The notes under the pieces were generated by a model. It was not told the origin of the DNA. It worked only from the letters and a program-made list of their open reading frames with translations, and did not search any database. A stretch of DNA of 63,985 bases, filler included, from a bacterium (lineage in GTDB: Bacteria; JALSQH01), in NCBI GenBank assembly GCA_027004335.1. It is 14 parts of 14 records of this genome, joined end to end, with 100 filler letters (N's around TTAATTAATTAA, not from the genome) between each part and the next. Parts side by side here need not be neighbours in the genome. Positions count along the whole stretch, not along the records: positions 32,715 to 43,148 come from JALTID010000115.1; positions 43,249 to 46,750 come from JALTID010000116.1; positions 46,851 to 50,325 come from JALTID010000117.1; positions 50,426 to 53,894 come from JALTID010000118.1; 10 more parts are not named here. One strand, given 5' to 3'. The first letter of the stretch is position 1. Every line of letters starts with the position of its first letter. The translations under genes and the position numbers were made by a program. Shown in pieces: positions 41,499 to 52,106 of the stretch.

Positions 41499-43146
41499 TT
41501 ATAAATTCCTTGCCATATCTTTCCTTCAAAAATCTCTTGAGGATTTTTTCTGTAGGGCCATACGGCATTGTCCCCCTCTCTATTATCTTCACTTTCCTTG
41601 GGGCCTTATATGGAGCAATATGTTCCTTTGCCCATTTTACAAGTTCTTCCTCTGTTACATTTCCATCCTCATGAAGAGTTACAACTGCTACAGGGATCTC
41701 CTTTTTTATTGGATGGGGAACCCCAAATACTGCTATTTCAAAGATATCTGGATGCTGTCGCATCTCTGCTTCTACCTCAGCAGGAAAAATTGAATAACCA
41801 CCTGATTTTATAAGATCCTTCTTTCTATCCATAAAATAGACCCTTCCCCAAAAATCTTTCTTTCCAATATCCCCTGTTCTAAACCATCCATCTGGGGTAA
41901 AGCTTTCCTTTGTCTTTTCAGGATTTTTCCAGTAACCTTTGGTAACTCCAGGCCCTTTCACAACAACCTCACCTGTCTTGCCAGAGGGAAGTTTTTCCCC
42001 ATTTTCATCAATAATTCTTATCTTCATCGGAGGAACAGGCCATCCTATGCAACCAGGCTTACATCTAAGAACAGGAAGAGGAACCTTTAAAGTTGCTATT
42101 CCAGATAATTCAACCATTCCATACGCTTCTAAAAAAAGGGGCTTAATCCTTAAAGGACCCAGTCGCACCAGAGCTCCATATTTCCTCATCTCCTCAACAT
42201 ACTCAGGAGGCATAGCATCAGCAGCACTTGCCCAGATTCTAACAGAGGAAAGATCATATTCTCCATTGTTCCTCCTTAATTCATCTATCATCATTCCATA
42301 CATTGCAGGCACTCCCACAAATACAGTAATTCTATTTTTTGTAATCACTTTCAGCACCTTCTTTGCCTCAAAATGCTTAATCAGGTAACCCTTCACATTG
42401 GCAAAAGTTCCTAAAATAGCCACTGCTGTTCCCATTATATGTGCAAAAGGGAGAGAAAAGATTCCCAAGTCAGATTTTCTTGTGGGAATCACTATTCCTG
42501 CCATTTTTTGTCCCTGTATTAAACTCCTGCTGGTAGTAATAGCACCCTTTGGCTTGCCTGTAGTCCCAGATGTATAGAAAATTCCAACAGGATCCCCTGG
42601 CTTCATATCAACAGGGGATAACTCTATAGGCTCCCCCTCTATGCCTATATCAAGGCTTTCTACTCCATCCAGTACAGTATCAGCAGGGCCAGCCATTATC
42701 AAGTTTTCAATATAGGAAACATTTTTCAATTCCTTAATATTTTCATCAAAAACATATCTATCAAAAATAAAAAACCTTGCACCACTATCTTTAAGGATAT
42801 AATCAATTTCTCCAAGTCTCAGCATGGAATTTATAGGTAAAGCGATTGCGCCAATTTTAAAAATAGCAAGCATTATCATAAACATATCTGCGTTATTCTC
42901 CATGCAAACAGCAACTATGTCTTCTCTTTTAACTCCTGCATCCTTTAGAAAATTACCCACTCTATTTATAAATTTCATGGCATCAGTGGCATAGATTGTG
43001 TCACTTGCTAACACCTTATACCGCAAAGGGGACTCAAGTATGGAAGTGATCCTGTCACCATAATAATCCATCAACTTTTCAGTAAAATTGGCTGCTGTGA
43101 AATTTTTATCTCTTAATACTCTGAATTTTTCAACTATAATTCCCAT
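41491..43146 (-). CDS. Long-chain-fatty-acid--CoA ligase (AMP-binding); start at contig edge
   Basis: YTSGTTGKPKG, AYGMVE, GWFRTGD, DRKKDLIKSGG. Confidence 0.9.
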   Translation of the reverse strand: MGIIVEKFRVLRDKNFTAANFTEKLMDYYGDRITSILESPLRYKVLASDTIYATDAMKFINRVGNFLKDAGVKREDIVAVCMENNADMFMIMLAIFKIGAIALPINSMLRLGEIDYILKDSGARFFIFDRYVFDENIKELKNVSYIENLIMAGPADTVLDGVESLDIGIEGEPIELSPVDMKPGDPVGIFYTSGTTGKPKGAITTSRSLIQGQKMAGIVIPTRKSDLGIFSLPFAHIMGTAVAILGTFANVKGYLIKHFEAKKVLKVITKNRITVFVGVPAMYGMMIDELRRNNGEYDLSSVRIWASAADAMPPEYVEEMRKYGALVRLGPLRIKPLFLEAYGMVELSGIATLKVPLPVLRCKPGCIGWPVPPMKIRIIDENGEKLPSGKTGEVVVKGPGVTKGYWKNPEKTKESFTPDGWFRTGDIGKKDFWGRVYFMDRKKDLIKSGGYSIFPAEVEAEMRQHPDIFEIAVFGVPHPIKKEIPVAVVTLHEDGNVTEEELVKWAKEHIAPYKAPRKVKIIERGTMPYGPTEKILKRFLKERYGKEFIIS

Positions 43147-43248
43147 TTNNNNNNNNNNNNNNNNNNNNNNNNNNNNNNNNNNNNNNNNNNNNTTAATTAA
43201 TTAANNNNNNNNNNNNNNNNNNNNNNNNNNNNNNNNNNNNNNNNNNNN

Positions 43249-43691
43249 GGAACGAAGGAATATACATAAAGAAAAAAACAGTTATCGAGTTTGCAAATAA
43301 AAAAAACGAATATAACAAAAAGCTTGCCATCCTATTTGTGCTTCCAGGAGGCAGTATATTCCAGATTTCTCCTATATCCATCATTAGTTTCTGTGAAGCA
43401 TTAAATTTGGAAATAGAAAGAGACGGTGTGTATTATTTCTTTCCTACTATTTTACTTTCCAGGCTCAGTGGCACGCCTTCGAAAAAAGAAATAGTAGCAA
43501 AAGGGAAATTGTCTTTAATTGCACAGATCAATAACATAGAAGAACAAACAGATGATATATCAGACGCTCCCATATTTAGTCTATCCGATTTTGATACAGA
43601 CGTAATAAGCGAAGTTATTCAGCTTTTAAAAAGCATAAATGAAAGGCTTAAAAATATAGAAAAAAAATTAGACAGGAGGAATAAAAAATGA
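43249..43691 (+). CDS. Hypothetical protein, C-terminal fragment
   Basis: ORF at contig start; stop overlaps the next ATG (ATGA). Confidence 0.45.
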
Positions 43692-44254
43692 AAAAAGCAG
43701 TAAAAATCATTAGTATTGTCCTCCTGCTCTCCTTTGTATTTGTTTTAGCAATAAACTCTTATGCAGTGGTTGATGGAAAAACCATTCACACAGTAATCTC
43801 ATTTAAAAGGCTTACGCCAAGAGAGGTAGTGGAAAAAGCAGGGATTCCTATAAATGCAAACGATATTATTCTTGGCACAGAGAAAACACCATGCAAGGTT
43901 TTACGTGTAGTAAGAGCAATAAATGTTAAACTAAGTATCAACGGAAAAGATATACTTTTAAATACAACGAAACGGAGAGTAGGAGACATATTACAAGAAG
44001 CAGGAATTAAGATAGGGCCAAAAGATATAGTAAAACCGTCCTTATCTGATACAGTAGGAAACGGTGACGAAATCTCGGTTCAGACATACAGAACAGTCGT
44101 TAAAACAGTAAAGATAATGATCCCTTATAAAACCATTTATCAGGAAAATGATAAATTAGTAAAAAACAAAGTGATTAAATTCAGAGACGGGACAAACGGG
44201 GTATTGGAGAAAAAATTTCTCCTGTGGAGATTGATCCCATGTGGTTTGTTTTGA
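43688..44254 (+). CDS. YabE/RpfB-like protein (DUF348 ubiquitin-like plus start of G5 domain), truncated at a junction near 44200-44220
   Basis: Signal/TM, VGDILQEAGI...DIVKPSL (DUF348), IPYKTIY...GTNG (G5); G5 domain incomplete. Confidence 0.7.
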   Translation: MKKAVKIISIVLLLSFVFVLAINSYAVVDGKTIHTVISFKRLTPREVVEKAGIPINANDIILGTEKTPCKVLRVVRAINVKLSINGKDILLNTTKRRVGDILQEAGIKIGPKDIVKPSLSDTVGNGDEISVQTYRTVVKTVKIMIPYKTIYQENDKLVKNKVIKFRDGTNGVLEKKFLLWRLIPCGLF

Positions 44255-44601
44255 TCTATCCAGGTTTTGAGTCTTCAACTCCTGATGTTTACAGGGAATA
44301 TGATAATTTGACAGAAGGGGAGGAAATCTCTAAAATAAAACATCCAGATTTTAAAAATTTAATTGGGGAGAATGACCTTGAAACAGCTTTTTTAAAGTTG
44401 TTTCCAAAAGCTGAGGAGGCAAAGGAGATTATTGTAAAAACTGGCAGATATGATTTTGTAGGTCTTAGCGGGAGTGGTAGTACATATTTTGTGGGATTTT
44501 ACACTGAGAAAAGGAGGGATAAATTCTTTGGAAAACTTGTTTCATTTTGCAGGCCAGAATGGCGCTGTAGCAAGGTAAATATTACAACTCAGGAGGTATG
44601 A
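44200..44601 (+). CDS. ispE: 4-diphosphocytidyl-2C-methyl-D-erythritol kinase, C-terminal part only
   Basis: GIGEKI..., STPDVY, NDLE, LSGSGST; in-frame stop at 44176-44178 so the N-terminal half is absent; ispE-spoVG-tRNA-Gln-prs order. Confidence 0.8.
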   Translation, partial: GIGEKISPVEIDPMWFVLIYPGFESSTPDVYREYDNLTEGEEISKIKHPDFKNLIGENDLETAFLKLFPKAEEAKEIIVKTGRYDFVGLSGSGSTYFVGFYTEKRRDKFFGKLVSFCRPEWRCSKVNITTQEV

Positions 44602-44602
44602 T

Positions 44603-44869
44603 ATGGAAATTACAGGCGTAAAAGTTTTCCCTGTGGAAAACAATGAGAAATTAAAGGCTTTTGTGTCAATTATAATTGATGATTGTTTTATTGTGAAAGA
44701 CATAAAAATCATTCAGGGGGAAAAGGGTCTTTTCCTTGCTATGCCCAGTAAGAAGGACAACAGAGGTGGTTATAAAGATATTGTGCATCCCCTTAATTCT
44801 GAAACGAGGGGGATGCTGGAAAGAATTGTAATAGAAGAGTATAATAAAGTAACTGGAAGTGCTGAGTAA
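44603..44869 (+). CDS. spoVG: SpoVG family regulator
   Basis: LKAFVSI, GLFLAMPS, DIVHPLNSETR. Confidence 0.95.
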   Translation: MEITGVKVFPVENNEKLKAFVSIIIDDCFIVKDIKIIQGEKGLFLAMPSKKDNRGGYKDIVHPLNSETRGMLERIVIEEYNKVTGSAE

Positions 44870-44890
44870 GTAGTAGTATTTTCAAGAGGT

Positions 44891-44966
44891 TGGGGTGTCG
44901 CCAAAGTGGCAAGGCACGGGGTTTTGGTCCCCGCATGTGGAGGTTCGAGTCCTCCCACCCCAGCCA
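44891..44966 (+). tRNA. tRNA-Gln (TTG)
   Basis: TGGGGTG/CACCCCA acceptor stem, CGGGG-TTTTGGT-CCCCG anticodon arm, GGTTCGAGTCC, 3' CCA. Confidence 0.96.
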
Positions 44967-44990
44967 TAAATTTTTTGGAGGAGTATCCAG

Positions 44991-45956
44991 ATGCCTGAGA
45001 TCCCCAGTAATAAAATTTGGGAGAGATTGTTATTAATTTCAGGTAACTCCAGCTTTGAATTAGCAGAAAGAATTTCAAAAGTTCTTGATAAGCCATTGGC
45101 AAAGGCCACAATAAAAAGGTTCAGTGATGGTGAAGTCTGGGTTGAGATTAATGAAAATGTAAGGGGAAGAGAGGTTTTTGTAATTCAGTCCACATGCCCC
45201 CCTGTGAATGACAATCTGATGGAATTGCTTATAATCTTGGATGCCCTGAGAAGAGCATCTGCATCCAAGATCACCGCTGTTGTTCCATATTATGGTTACG
45301 CAAGGCAGGATAGAAAATCTGCCCCCAGAACTCCTATTTCTGCAAAACTGGTTGCTAACCTTCTTACTGTGGCAGGGGCAGACAGGGTGGTTACCATGGA
45401 TCTACATGCTGGGCAGATTCAGGGGTTCTTTGATATTCCTGTAGACAACCTTTATGCATCCCCTGTGCTTTTGAGATATATTAGAGAGAATTATGGAGGG
45501 GATCTGACCATTGTTTCTCCAGATGCCGGTGGTGTGGAAAGAGCGAGAGCTTTTGCCAAGAGACTTGGATGTCATTTAGCAATTATTGATAAGAGAAGGC
45601 CTTCACCTAATGAATCTGAAATCATGCATGTTGTGGGTGAAATTGGAAATGTAGCAATTATTGTAGATGATATGGTTGATACAGCAGGAACTTTAACCAG
45701 AGCCGCTGATGCATTGATGAAGAATGGGGCAAAAGAGGTAGCTGCTGCTGTAACGCACCCGGTTTTATCTGGAAATGCTATTGAGAAGTTAAAAAATTCT
45801 CCTATAAAAGAAGTAATTGTTACCGATACAATTCCTCTGAAGGAGGAAGCGAGGAGATTAGAGAAGATAACAGTATTGAGTGTATCTGAGTTGCTTGCTG
45901 AAGCTATAAAAAGAATTTTTTATGAAACATCTGTTAGTTCTTTGTTTGGTGAATAA
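44991..45956 (+). CDS. prs: Ribose-phosphate pyrophosphokinase
   Basis: [33 protein letters not shown]. Confidence 0.98.
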   Translation: MPEIPSNKIWERLLLISGNSSFELAERISKVLDKPLAKATIKRFSDGEVWVEINENVRGREVFVIQSTCPPVNDNLMELLIILDALRRASASKITAVVPYYGYARQDRKSAPRTPISAKLVANLLTVAGADRVVTMDLHAGQIQGFFDIPVDNLYASPVLLRYIRENYGGDLTIVSPDAGGVERARAFAKRLGCHLAIIDKRRPSPNESEIMHVVGEIGNVAIIVDDMVDTAGTLTRAADALMKNGAKEVAAAVTHPVLSGNAIEKLKNSPIKEVIVTDTIPLKEEARRLEKITVLSVSELLAEAIKRIFYETSVSSLFGE

Positions 45957-45977
45957 ATAATGCAGGAGAGGTGAAAA

Positions 45978-46601
45978 ATGCAGAAGGTAATGTTAGAGGT
46001 TCAGAAGAGGGAAAGAACGGGTAAAGAGGGTGCTAAAAAGGTTAGAAAAGAAGGTATGGTACCTGGTATAATTTATTCTCCCACTCTTCACCCTGTTCCT
46101 GTTAAGATGGATCCTACCAAAATTAGAGAGGCTCTCATTAAACATGGGGCTAACACACTTTTTGAAATTAAAAGTGGAGATGTCCCTGAAATTCACGGTA
46201 AATTAGCCATTGTTAAAGAGATTCAGAGACATCCTATTTCAAGAAAGTATCTCCATGTGGATCTCTATGAAGTGGACCCCGGTAGAGAAATATATGTTGA
46301 AGTTCCTATTGAGGTGGAAGGTAAAGCCAGGGGGGTGGAGAAGGGTGGCATGCTGGAACTCCTTATGAGGAACATTGAGATTAAATGTACACCTTTAAAT
46401 ATTCCAGATTATATAAAGGTGGAAGTGACTTCTCTTGATATTGGAGGAGTTCTTCATGTTGAGGATATTGAATTTCCTGAAGGAATTAAACCGGTGGAGG
46501 ATCCGAAGAAGCCAGTGATAACTATCCTTGCTCCAGAAAAAGCAGAGGAAGAGATGGAGGAAGAAGCTGAGGAGAAAGAAGGAGAAACCGAGGGGGAGTA
46601 G
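45978..46601 (+). CDS. rplY: 50S ribosomal protein L25/Ctc (long form)
   Basis: VPGIIY, QRHP, HVDL, GVEKGG, acidic tail. Confidence 0.95.
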   Translation: MQKVMLEVQKRERTGKEGAKKVRKEGMVPGIIYSPTLHPVPVKMDPTKIREALIKHGANTLFEIKSGDVPEIHGKLAIVKEIQRHPISRKYLHVDLYEVDPGREIYVEVPIEVEGKARGVEKGGMLELLMRNIEIKCTPLNIPDYIKVEVTSLDIGGVLHVEDIEFPEGIKPVEDPKKPVITILAPEKAEEEMEEEAEEKEGETEGE

Positions 46602-46750
46602 TTGGAAAAGTTCCTTATTGTGGGACTTGGCAACCCCGGTCCACAGTATGAATTGACAAGACATAATATTGGTTTTCTTGTTCTTGATTTTTTTGTTGAT
46701 GCACTGAGCTTGAATGACTGGAAAAGAAAGTTTAAAGGTATATACTTAAC
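46602..46750 (+). CDS. pth: Peptidyl-tRNA hydrolase, N-terminal fragment
   Basis: [19 protein letters not shown]. Confidence 0.95.
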
Positions 46751-46850
46751 NNNNNNNNNNNNNNNNNNNNNNNNNNNNNNNNNNNNNNNNNNNNTTAATT
46801 AATTAANNNNNNNNNNNNNNNNNNNNNNNNNNNNNNNNNNNNNNNNNNNN

Positions 46851-47206
46851 ATAATGATGCTATATCAGATTTTAAAAGTGGAAATTGCAGGCTTGCTAAA
46901 TTGAAATTTGAAAAGCTAATAAAAAAGTATCCTAAATCCAGATATGTAGTAAATGCTCACTTCTGGATTGGAGAGTCTTACTATAATAAGAGGGAGTATA
47001 TTAATGCTCTTGATAAGTATTATCTCATCATAGAGAATTTTCCTCACTCAGAAAAAGCAGCTGCTGCTCTTTATAAAGCAGGGATGAGCATTTATAAGCT
47101 TGGAGAAAAGAAAAAGGCTCTCATTTTTTTTAAAAAGGTGATAAGAAATTATCCGAGGACTGAGTACGCCAAAAAAGCGAAAATCTGGGTAAAGAAAATA
47201 AAATAA
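46851..47206 (+). CDS. Tol-Pal TPR protein (CpoB/YbgF-like), C-terminal fragment
   Basis: YPKS..NAHFWIGESYY, AALYKAG, YPRTEYAKKA. Confidence 0.8.
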
Positions 47207-48192
47207 TGATTGTCCTTGGAATAGAAACCTCCTGTGATGAAACATCTGCTGCTATTGTAAAAGATGGTGAAATTCTCTCCAATATTGTTGCCTCTCAAAT
47301 TGTAATTCACAAACCTTTTGGAGGAATTGTTCCTGAGCTGGCATCAAGGCATCATGTGAAAAATATATCTTATGTTGTGGATATGGCTTTGAGGGCATCT
47401 AATTTCAAAATTGGAGATATAGATGGTGTAGCTGTTACAAACAGGCCGGGTCTTATCGGCTCCCTCCTCGTGGGTCTTTCTTTTGCAAAAGGAGTTGTTG
47501 CCAGATACGGTAAAAAGATTGTCGGGGTTAATCATCTTGAAGCCCATTTTACTATTGCTTTTGTCAGTGGTGCGATTCCTCTGCCTGCTGTAGCTCTTGT
47601 TGTTTCTGGAGGCCATACGACCCTATATCTTGTTAGGGGGTTACTTAATTATAAGAAACTTGGTGAAACTAGAGATGATGCTGCAGGAGAAGCATATGAT
47701 AAGGTCGCTAAGTTGTTAGGGTTTGGTTATCCTGGGGGGGTGGTAATTGACAATCTGGCAAAAAAAGGGGATCCATCCGCTTTTAACTTTCCTCGTGGTA
47801 TGATTAACAGCGGAGATTATGATTTTAGTTTCAGTGGCCTGAAAACGGCAGTGGCTGTAGTAATTAAAAAGAAGGGGAAAGAAGCTCTCAATCTGAATAA
47901 TCTTGCAGCTTCTTTTCAGGAAGCAGTGGCGGATGTTCTTGTTTCAAAGAGTTTGAAAGCTGCTGAGGATTATAGAGTTAGAAGTGTGATTGTGGCTGGG
48001 GGAGTTGCGGCTAATTCCCGTTTGAGAGAGAAAATGATAGGAGAGTCAAGATTAAGAAATATTAAAGTGTATTTTCCCCCTATAGAATATTGCACTGATA
48101 ATGGTGCAATGGTCGCATATACAGGGTATCTTTACTTTAAAAATGGGAGAGAGGACTCCTTCTCCCTTGACGCCTTTGATTCCGATGTTTAA
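47206..48192 (+). CDS. tsaD: tRNA threonylcarbamoyltransferase TsaD
   Basis: GIETSCDET, HLEAH, SGGHT, DDAAGEAYDK, CTDNGAM. Confidence 0.98.
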   Translation: MIVLGIETSCDETSAAIVKDGEILSNIVASQIVIHKPFGGIVPELASRHHVKNISYVVDMALRASNFKIGDIDGVAVTNRPGLIGSLLVGLSFAKGVVARYGKKIVGVNHLEAHFTIAFVSGAIPLPAVALVVSGGHTTLYLVRGLLNYKKLGETRDDAAGEAYDKVAKLLGFGYPGGVVIDNLAKKGDPSAFNFPRGMINSGDYDFSFSGLKTAVAVVIKKKGKEALNLNNLAASFQEAVADVLVSKSLKAAEDYRVRSVIVAGGVAANSRLREKMIGESRLRNIKVYFPPIEYCTDNGAMVAYTGYLYFKNGREDSFSLDAFDSDV

Positions 48193-48949
48193 TAGAAAGA
48201 AGGCCTTAGGCCAGAATTTTTTAAGGAATTCGCAAATCGCAGAAAAATTAGTTTCTGTTCTGGAAGTCCCGACTGGAGGAACAGTTCTTGAGGTTGGACC
48301 AGGTAGAGGTATTTTAACCCAGAAGCTTGTGACAAAAGGCTACAGGGTCATAGCTGTGGAGGTTGATTCTAATTTATCTGAGTATATAAAAGAAAAGTTT
48401 AGAGAGAAAGTTTATCTCTTAAGAGAAGATATTTTGGAGTTAGATTTGAGTGAACTTCAGAAGACATTTGATATAAACGGTGTGATTTCAAATTTACCAT
48501 ATTCAATTTCAACTACTTTTGTTAAAAAGATTATTTTGGAGCAACCGGAAATTCAGAAGTATGTTTTAATGTTTCAAAAAGAGGTTGGGGAAAAGCTTCT
48601 TTCCCCAGCCGGTAGTAGAGAAACCGGTCCTTATTCAATCGCATTACAAGAGTTATTCATTGTGGAGAAACTTTTTACAGTAGGTCCCGGGGCTTTTTCT
48701 CCACCCCCCTCGGTATATTCTCTGGTACTGAAACTAACTATGAAGAATGACATAGAAATTGGTAATGGTGAAAATTTTTTGAAGTTTCTTTTTTTTCTCT
48801 TTTCAGTAAGAAGAAAAAAAATAAGAAGAAAATTTGCATCTCTACTGGGAAGATGTGAAATTGAAAGATTACTTGAGAAAAGACCTGAGGAATTAACATC
48901 TAACGAGATTCTTGAACTTTACAGTTGCAGAAATAGATTCAATCCTTGA
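48185..48949 (+). CDS. rsmA: 16S rRNA adenine dimethyltransferase
   Basis: LGQNFL, EVGPGRG, NLPYSI, FSPPP; start ATG 48185. Confidence 0.93.
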   Translation: MFNRKKALGQNFLRNSQIAEKLVSVLEVPTGGTVLEVGPGRGILTQKLVTKGYRVIAVEVDSNLSEYIKEKFREKVYLLREDILELDLSELQKTFDINGVISNLPYSISTTFVKKIILEQPEIQKYVLMFQKEVGEKLLSPAGSRETGPYSIALQELFIVEKLFTVGPGAFSPPPSVYSLVLKLTMKNDIEIGNGENFLKFLFFLFSVRRKKIRRKFASLLGRCEIERLLEKRPEELTSNEILELYSCRNRFNP

Positions 48950-49541
48950 GTGAGATTCTGTGGGCGAGTGCTTGGGAAAGGGTTCTCTCATCAATGTATT
49001 CAAGGTCTGAACCAAAGGGGACGCCGGATGCCAAACGAGAAATTTTTATATTCATTCCTGTGAGAAGTTCTTTTATATAGAGCGCTGTGGTTTCTCCTTC
49101 CACTGTAGGACTTGTTGCTATTATAATTTCATTGAAATTTCCTTTACCTATCCTTTCCATAAGCTTTTTTATTCTTAATTTATCCGGAGTTACTCCCTGA
49201 GAAGGAGAGATGAGCCCCCCAAGGACATGGTATATTCCTCTGAACATCCCGGTCTTTTCTATTGTGAAGATATCCTGCGGTTTTTCCACAACCATCAGGG
49301 TCGTATGATCCCTTGCTGGATCTGAGCATATCTCGCATGGGTCATTGATTGTTAAGCCCCCGCATATTGAACAAAATTTTAGATTTTTTTTAGTTTCAAC
49401 TATAGTCTTTGCAAATTCTTCTATATCTTTTTCGGAGGAATTTAGAAGATAGAGAGTGATTCTCAGTGCACTTTTTTCTCCTATGCCAGGAAGCTTCTTA
49501 AATTGGTCAATGATCTTTTCAAGCCACGAATAGTTACTCAT
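48939..49541 (-). CDS. recR: Recombination mediator RecR
   Basis: LPGIGEKSA, C4 zinc finger, YHVLGG, TOPRIM domain. Confidence 0.97.
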   Translation of the reverse strand: MSNYSWLEKIIDQFKKLPGIGEKSALRITLYLLNSSEKDIEEFAKTIVETKKNLKFCSICGGLTINDPCEICSDPARDHTTLMVVEKPQDIFTIEKTGMFRGIYHVLGGLISPSQGVTPDKLRIKKLMERIGKGNFNEIIIATSPTVEGETTALYIKELLTGMNIKISRLASGVPFGSDLEYIDERTLSQALAHRISLKD

Positions 49542-49887
49542 CTTCGTCTTCATTATTTATAAAGTTATCCAGCAAATTGAAAAGAGGAAAAGATTCCATA
49601 AGAGTTGCGGAAAATGTCTTTTCTATTGCTTCTTTCAATCTTCTAATAGCGACTTCAAAAGCTGCTGTAAGCATATCTTCAAGCATTTCTTTATCACCTT
49701 TTGAAAATAAAGTCTCATCAATTTGAAGCTCTTTTACTTTTCCGACACCATTTATTGAGAGTTTTATCATTCCTCCACCAATGCTTACATCTATTTCTTC
49801 CTTCTCCAGTTTTCTGGTAATCTTATCCAGTGCTGATCTGAAATCACCTGCCATTTGCATAATTTTTCCTATGTCAAAATCTTCCAT
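49534..49887 (-). CDS. ybaB: YbaB/EbfC nucleoid-associated protein
   Basis: GGGMI...NG, DKEMLEDML; dnaX-ybaB-recR order. Confidence 0.9.
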   Translation of the reverse strand: MEDFDIGKIMQMAGDFRSALDKITRKLEKEEIDVSIGGGMIKLSINGVGKVKELQIDETLFSKGDKEMLEDMLTAAFEVAIRRLKEAIEKTFSATLMESFPLFNLLDNFINNEDEDE

Positions 49888-50325
49888 GCTCTCCTCCTTC
49901 CGGGATAATTTTGGTTATTCTTCCTTCAAACTCTTCAAGAATCTTTTGAAGATTTTCTGCTGCTTCTATATCCTGTGGTGTAATAATTTTCTGGGCTTTT
50001 GGCTTTGAGGATGAATTATCAAATTTATTTTCAACAACAATTTTAACTTTTCCGAGAAACTTTTCTGCAGAGTCATGGATAAAATCCATAATTTCTTCTG
50101 AACTGCTAAAGATATTCTGATGTCTGCTGGATGCAATTATTATTTTCAATATCTTCTCCTGGGGGTTAAACTGCATCAGACTGATAAGAGGGGTAATAAA
50201 TGGTTTCTTTGATTTAATGTAATTTTTAAAGTTCTCAAAAGGAGATAAGTTTTTTCCATGTTTTTTTACGGGTGGCATGCTGCTTGGTGGGAAATTATCA
50301 CTGCTTGAGGGGAGAAAAGTGGTAT
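49874..50325 (-). CDS. dnaX: Probable DNA polymerase III gamma/tau, C-terminal fragment
   Basis: Synteny with ybaB-recR; ILEEFEGRI C-terminal motif. Confidence 0.65.
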
Positions 50326-50425
50326 NNNNNNNNNNNNNNNNNNNNNNNNNNNNNNNNNNNNNNNNNNNNTTAATTAATTAANNNNNNNNNNNNNNNNNNN
50401 NNNNNNNNNNNNNNNNNNNNNNNNN

Positions 50426-51612
50426 TAATCTAACTTACTTAGTTGTCGGAAGGAAGTTATTTCTGAGAGATATTTTAAAGGGATATAAATTTTTTTGAAA
50501 CTATTTTCCAATAAGGTTTCTACAGTAAATCGTATTCCTCTTTTTATTTCATTAAGAAACTTACCTTTTTTAAGCCCTTCTAAGTTTACAGGAAATGTTA
50601 TTCCTGAGATAAAGAAATGATCAAATCTTAGCAAAGGTTCCGGGGAGTCAAAAAAAAATGAAGCGAATCCAGGATAAAAACTGTATGGTGCTATAAAGTA
50701 CTTATATGGTGCATCTTTGTTGCAATAATATAATTGTGGAATCCCAATATGGGAGTTAATTATTTTATCTGATAGAGCAAAAACTGGAAAAGTAAGATAA
50801 GTAAGTTGATCATGTGAAAGGTAATAATGAATGAAACCGCTATTTGAAAAAATTCTAAGAGTATCTTTTACTCCTGAAGTGAGAATAATAATTTTACTTT
50901 TTATTCTAAAATTATAAGTAGCATTCTTTGCGAGAATTCTCCCTTCCACTGCGGATAGTTCCTCTCCCGGATAAATTTTTTCCACATCAAAGTTTGTATA
51001 GATTTTTGCTCCTAAAAATTTTGCCCTTGGTATCAAAGTGATTAATGCTGACTGCTTCCTGTTATACCTGCACCCCCTCATACATAGTCCACATTCTGCA
51101 CATTCATAAGTATGCCTCAAAACAGTATTAACTAAACAGTATGAAGAGAATATCCTCTTGAAGAGCCTATTATTTTCATTGGCAGCCTCATCTTCGGGTG
51201 TAATTATTGAGAGATCTTTGGTAAGTTTTTCTATTGCAGTCTTAATTTCTTTTACAGAAAAGGAATACTTTTTAAAAACGGAGGCAATTTCTTCAGGGCC
51301 TAAGGGGTAGAAATTCCCCCAATCAACTACAGATGACCCGCCAAGAAGATTAGGTTCAAGAAAAAATATGGAATTTTCCCGATTGAAAACAATACCTTTT
51401 TTGTAAAAATTTGTGAAAGAGCCAATTTCGCTTTTACCCAGTTCCTCAGGGGGAAAGTAATTACCTTTCTCAACCACAGTTACATCATAGCCGTTTTCTG
51501 TAAAAATCTGGGCAGCCATGGAACCACTCCAGCCACTTCCTATTACGAGTACCTCCGTAGAAAGATTAAAATCTCCTGAAAAATCAATACCTTGATATAT
51601 ACCGTTTCTCAA
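50426..51612 (-). CDS. GMC family oxidoreductase, divergent copy, 3' truncated
   Basis: VIGSGWSG, VEKG, LGGSS, CAECGLCMRGC...KQS. Confidence 0.78.
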
Positions 51613-52097
51613 GGTAATCCTCTTTCTCTGAGAATTTCTTCAAGTTCATCGGGAGAATAACTGGAAAAAGGGGGAGGTGTTAAAGGTACTACTTCGGGTG
51701 GTAGAGCTATGTTATTACATTTAATAAAATTTTCCGAACTAAAAAAAGCAAAATCTAATGGAAGCTTGATCTTGAGAAAAAGTTGATATGTAAACGAATT
51801 TAAACTATTTTTAAATTCGTAGAAAATATTCTTATCCAGCAAAGTAAAAATTTTTACTATCCTGAGGAGAGAAGAAATCTCAATTCTCTCAAGAGCCGGA
51901 GCTTTTTCTAACAGAATAGTGATATTTTTATTAAGACCCCTGATCAAGAAGCTTCTACATCTCTTAGGTAAAAGAGATTTTCTCACATTCTGGTAGAAAT
52001 AGAGTAAAGAAGTAACATCAGGATTTAGCTGAGATTTTGTGGCAGGTAGCAATACAAGTGAATAAAAAAAATCTTTAATAAATTCTCTTCTCTTCAA
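51609..52097 (-). CDS. Hypothetical protein, probable GMC small partner subunit
   Basis: KRREFIK twin-Arg-like start; coupled between two GMC genes. Confidence 0.5.
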   Translation of the reverse strand: MKRREFIKDFFYSLVLLPATKSQLNPDVTSLLYFYQNVRKSLLPKRCRSFLIRGLNKNITILLEKAPALERIEISSLLRIVKIFTLLDKNIFYEFKNSLNSFTYQLFLKIKLPLDFAFFSSENFIKCNNIALPPEVVPLTPPPFSSYSPDELEEILRERGLP

Positions 52098-52106
52098 ACC
52101 ACTGCT

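Noticed and set aside
44603..44869. spoVG (with ytfJ) as evidence of sporulation
   Set aside because: SpoVG is a general nucleic-acid-binding protein found at this locus in non-sporulating diderms; no core sporulation genes are present
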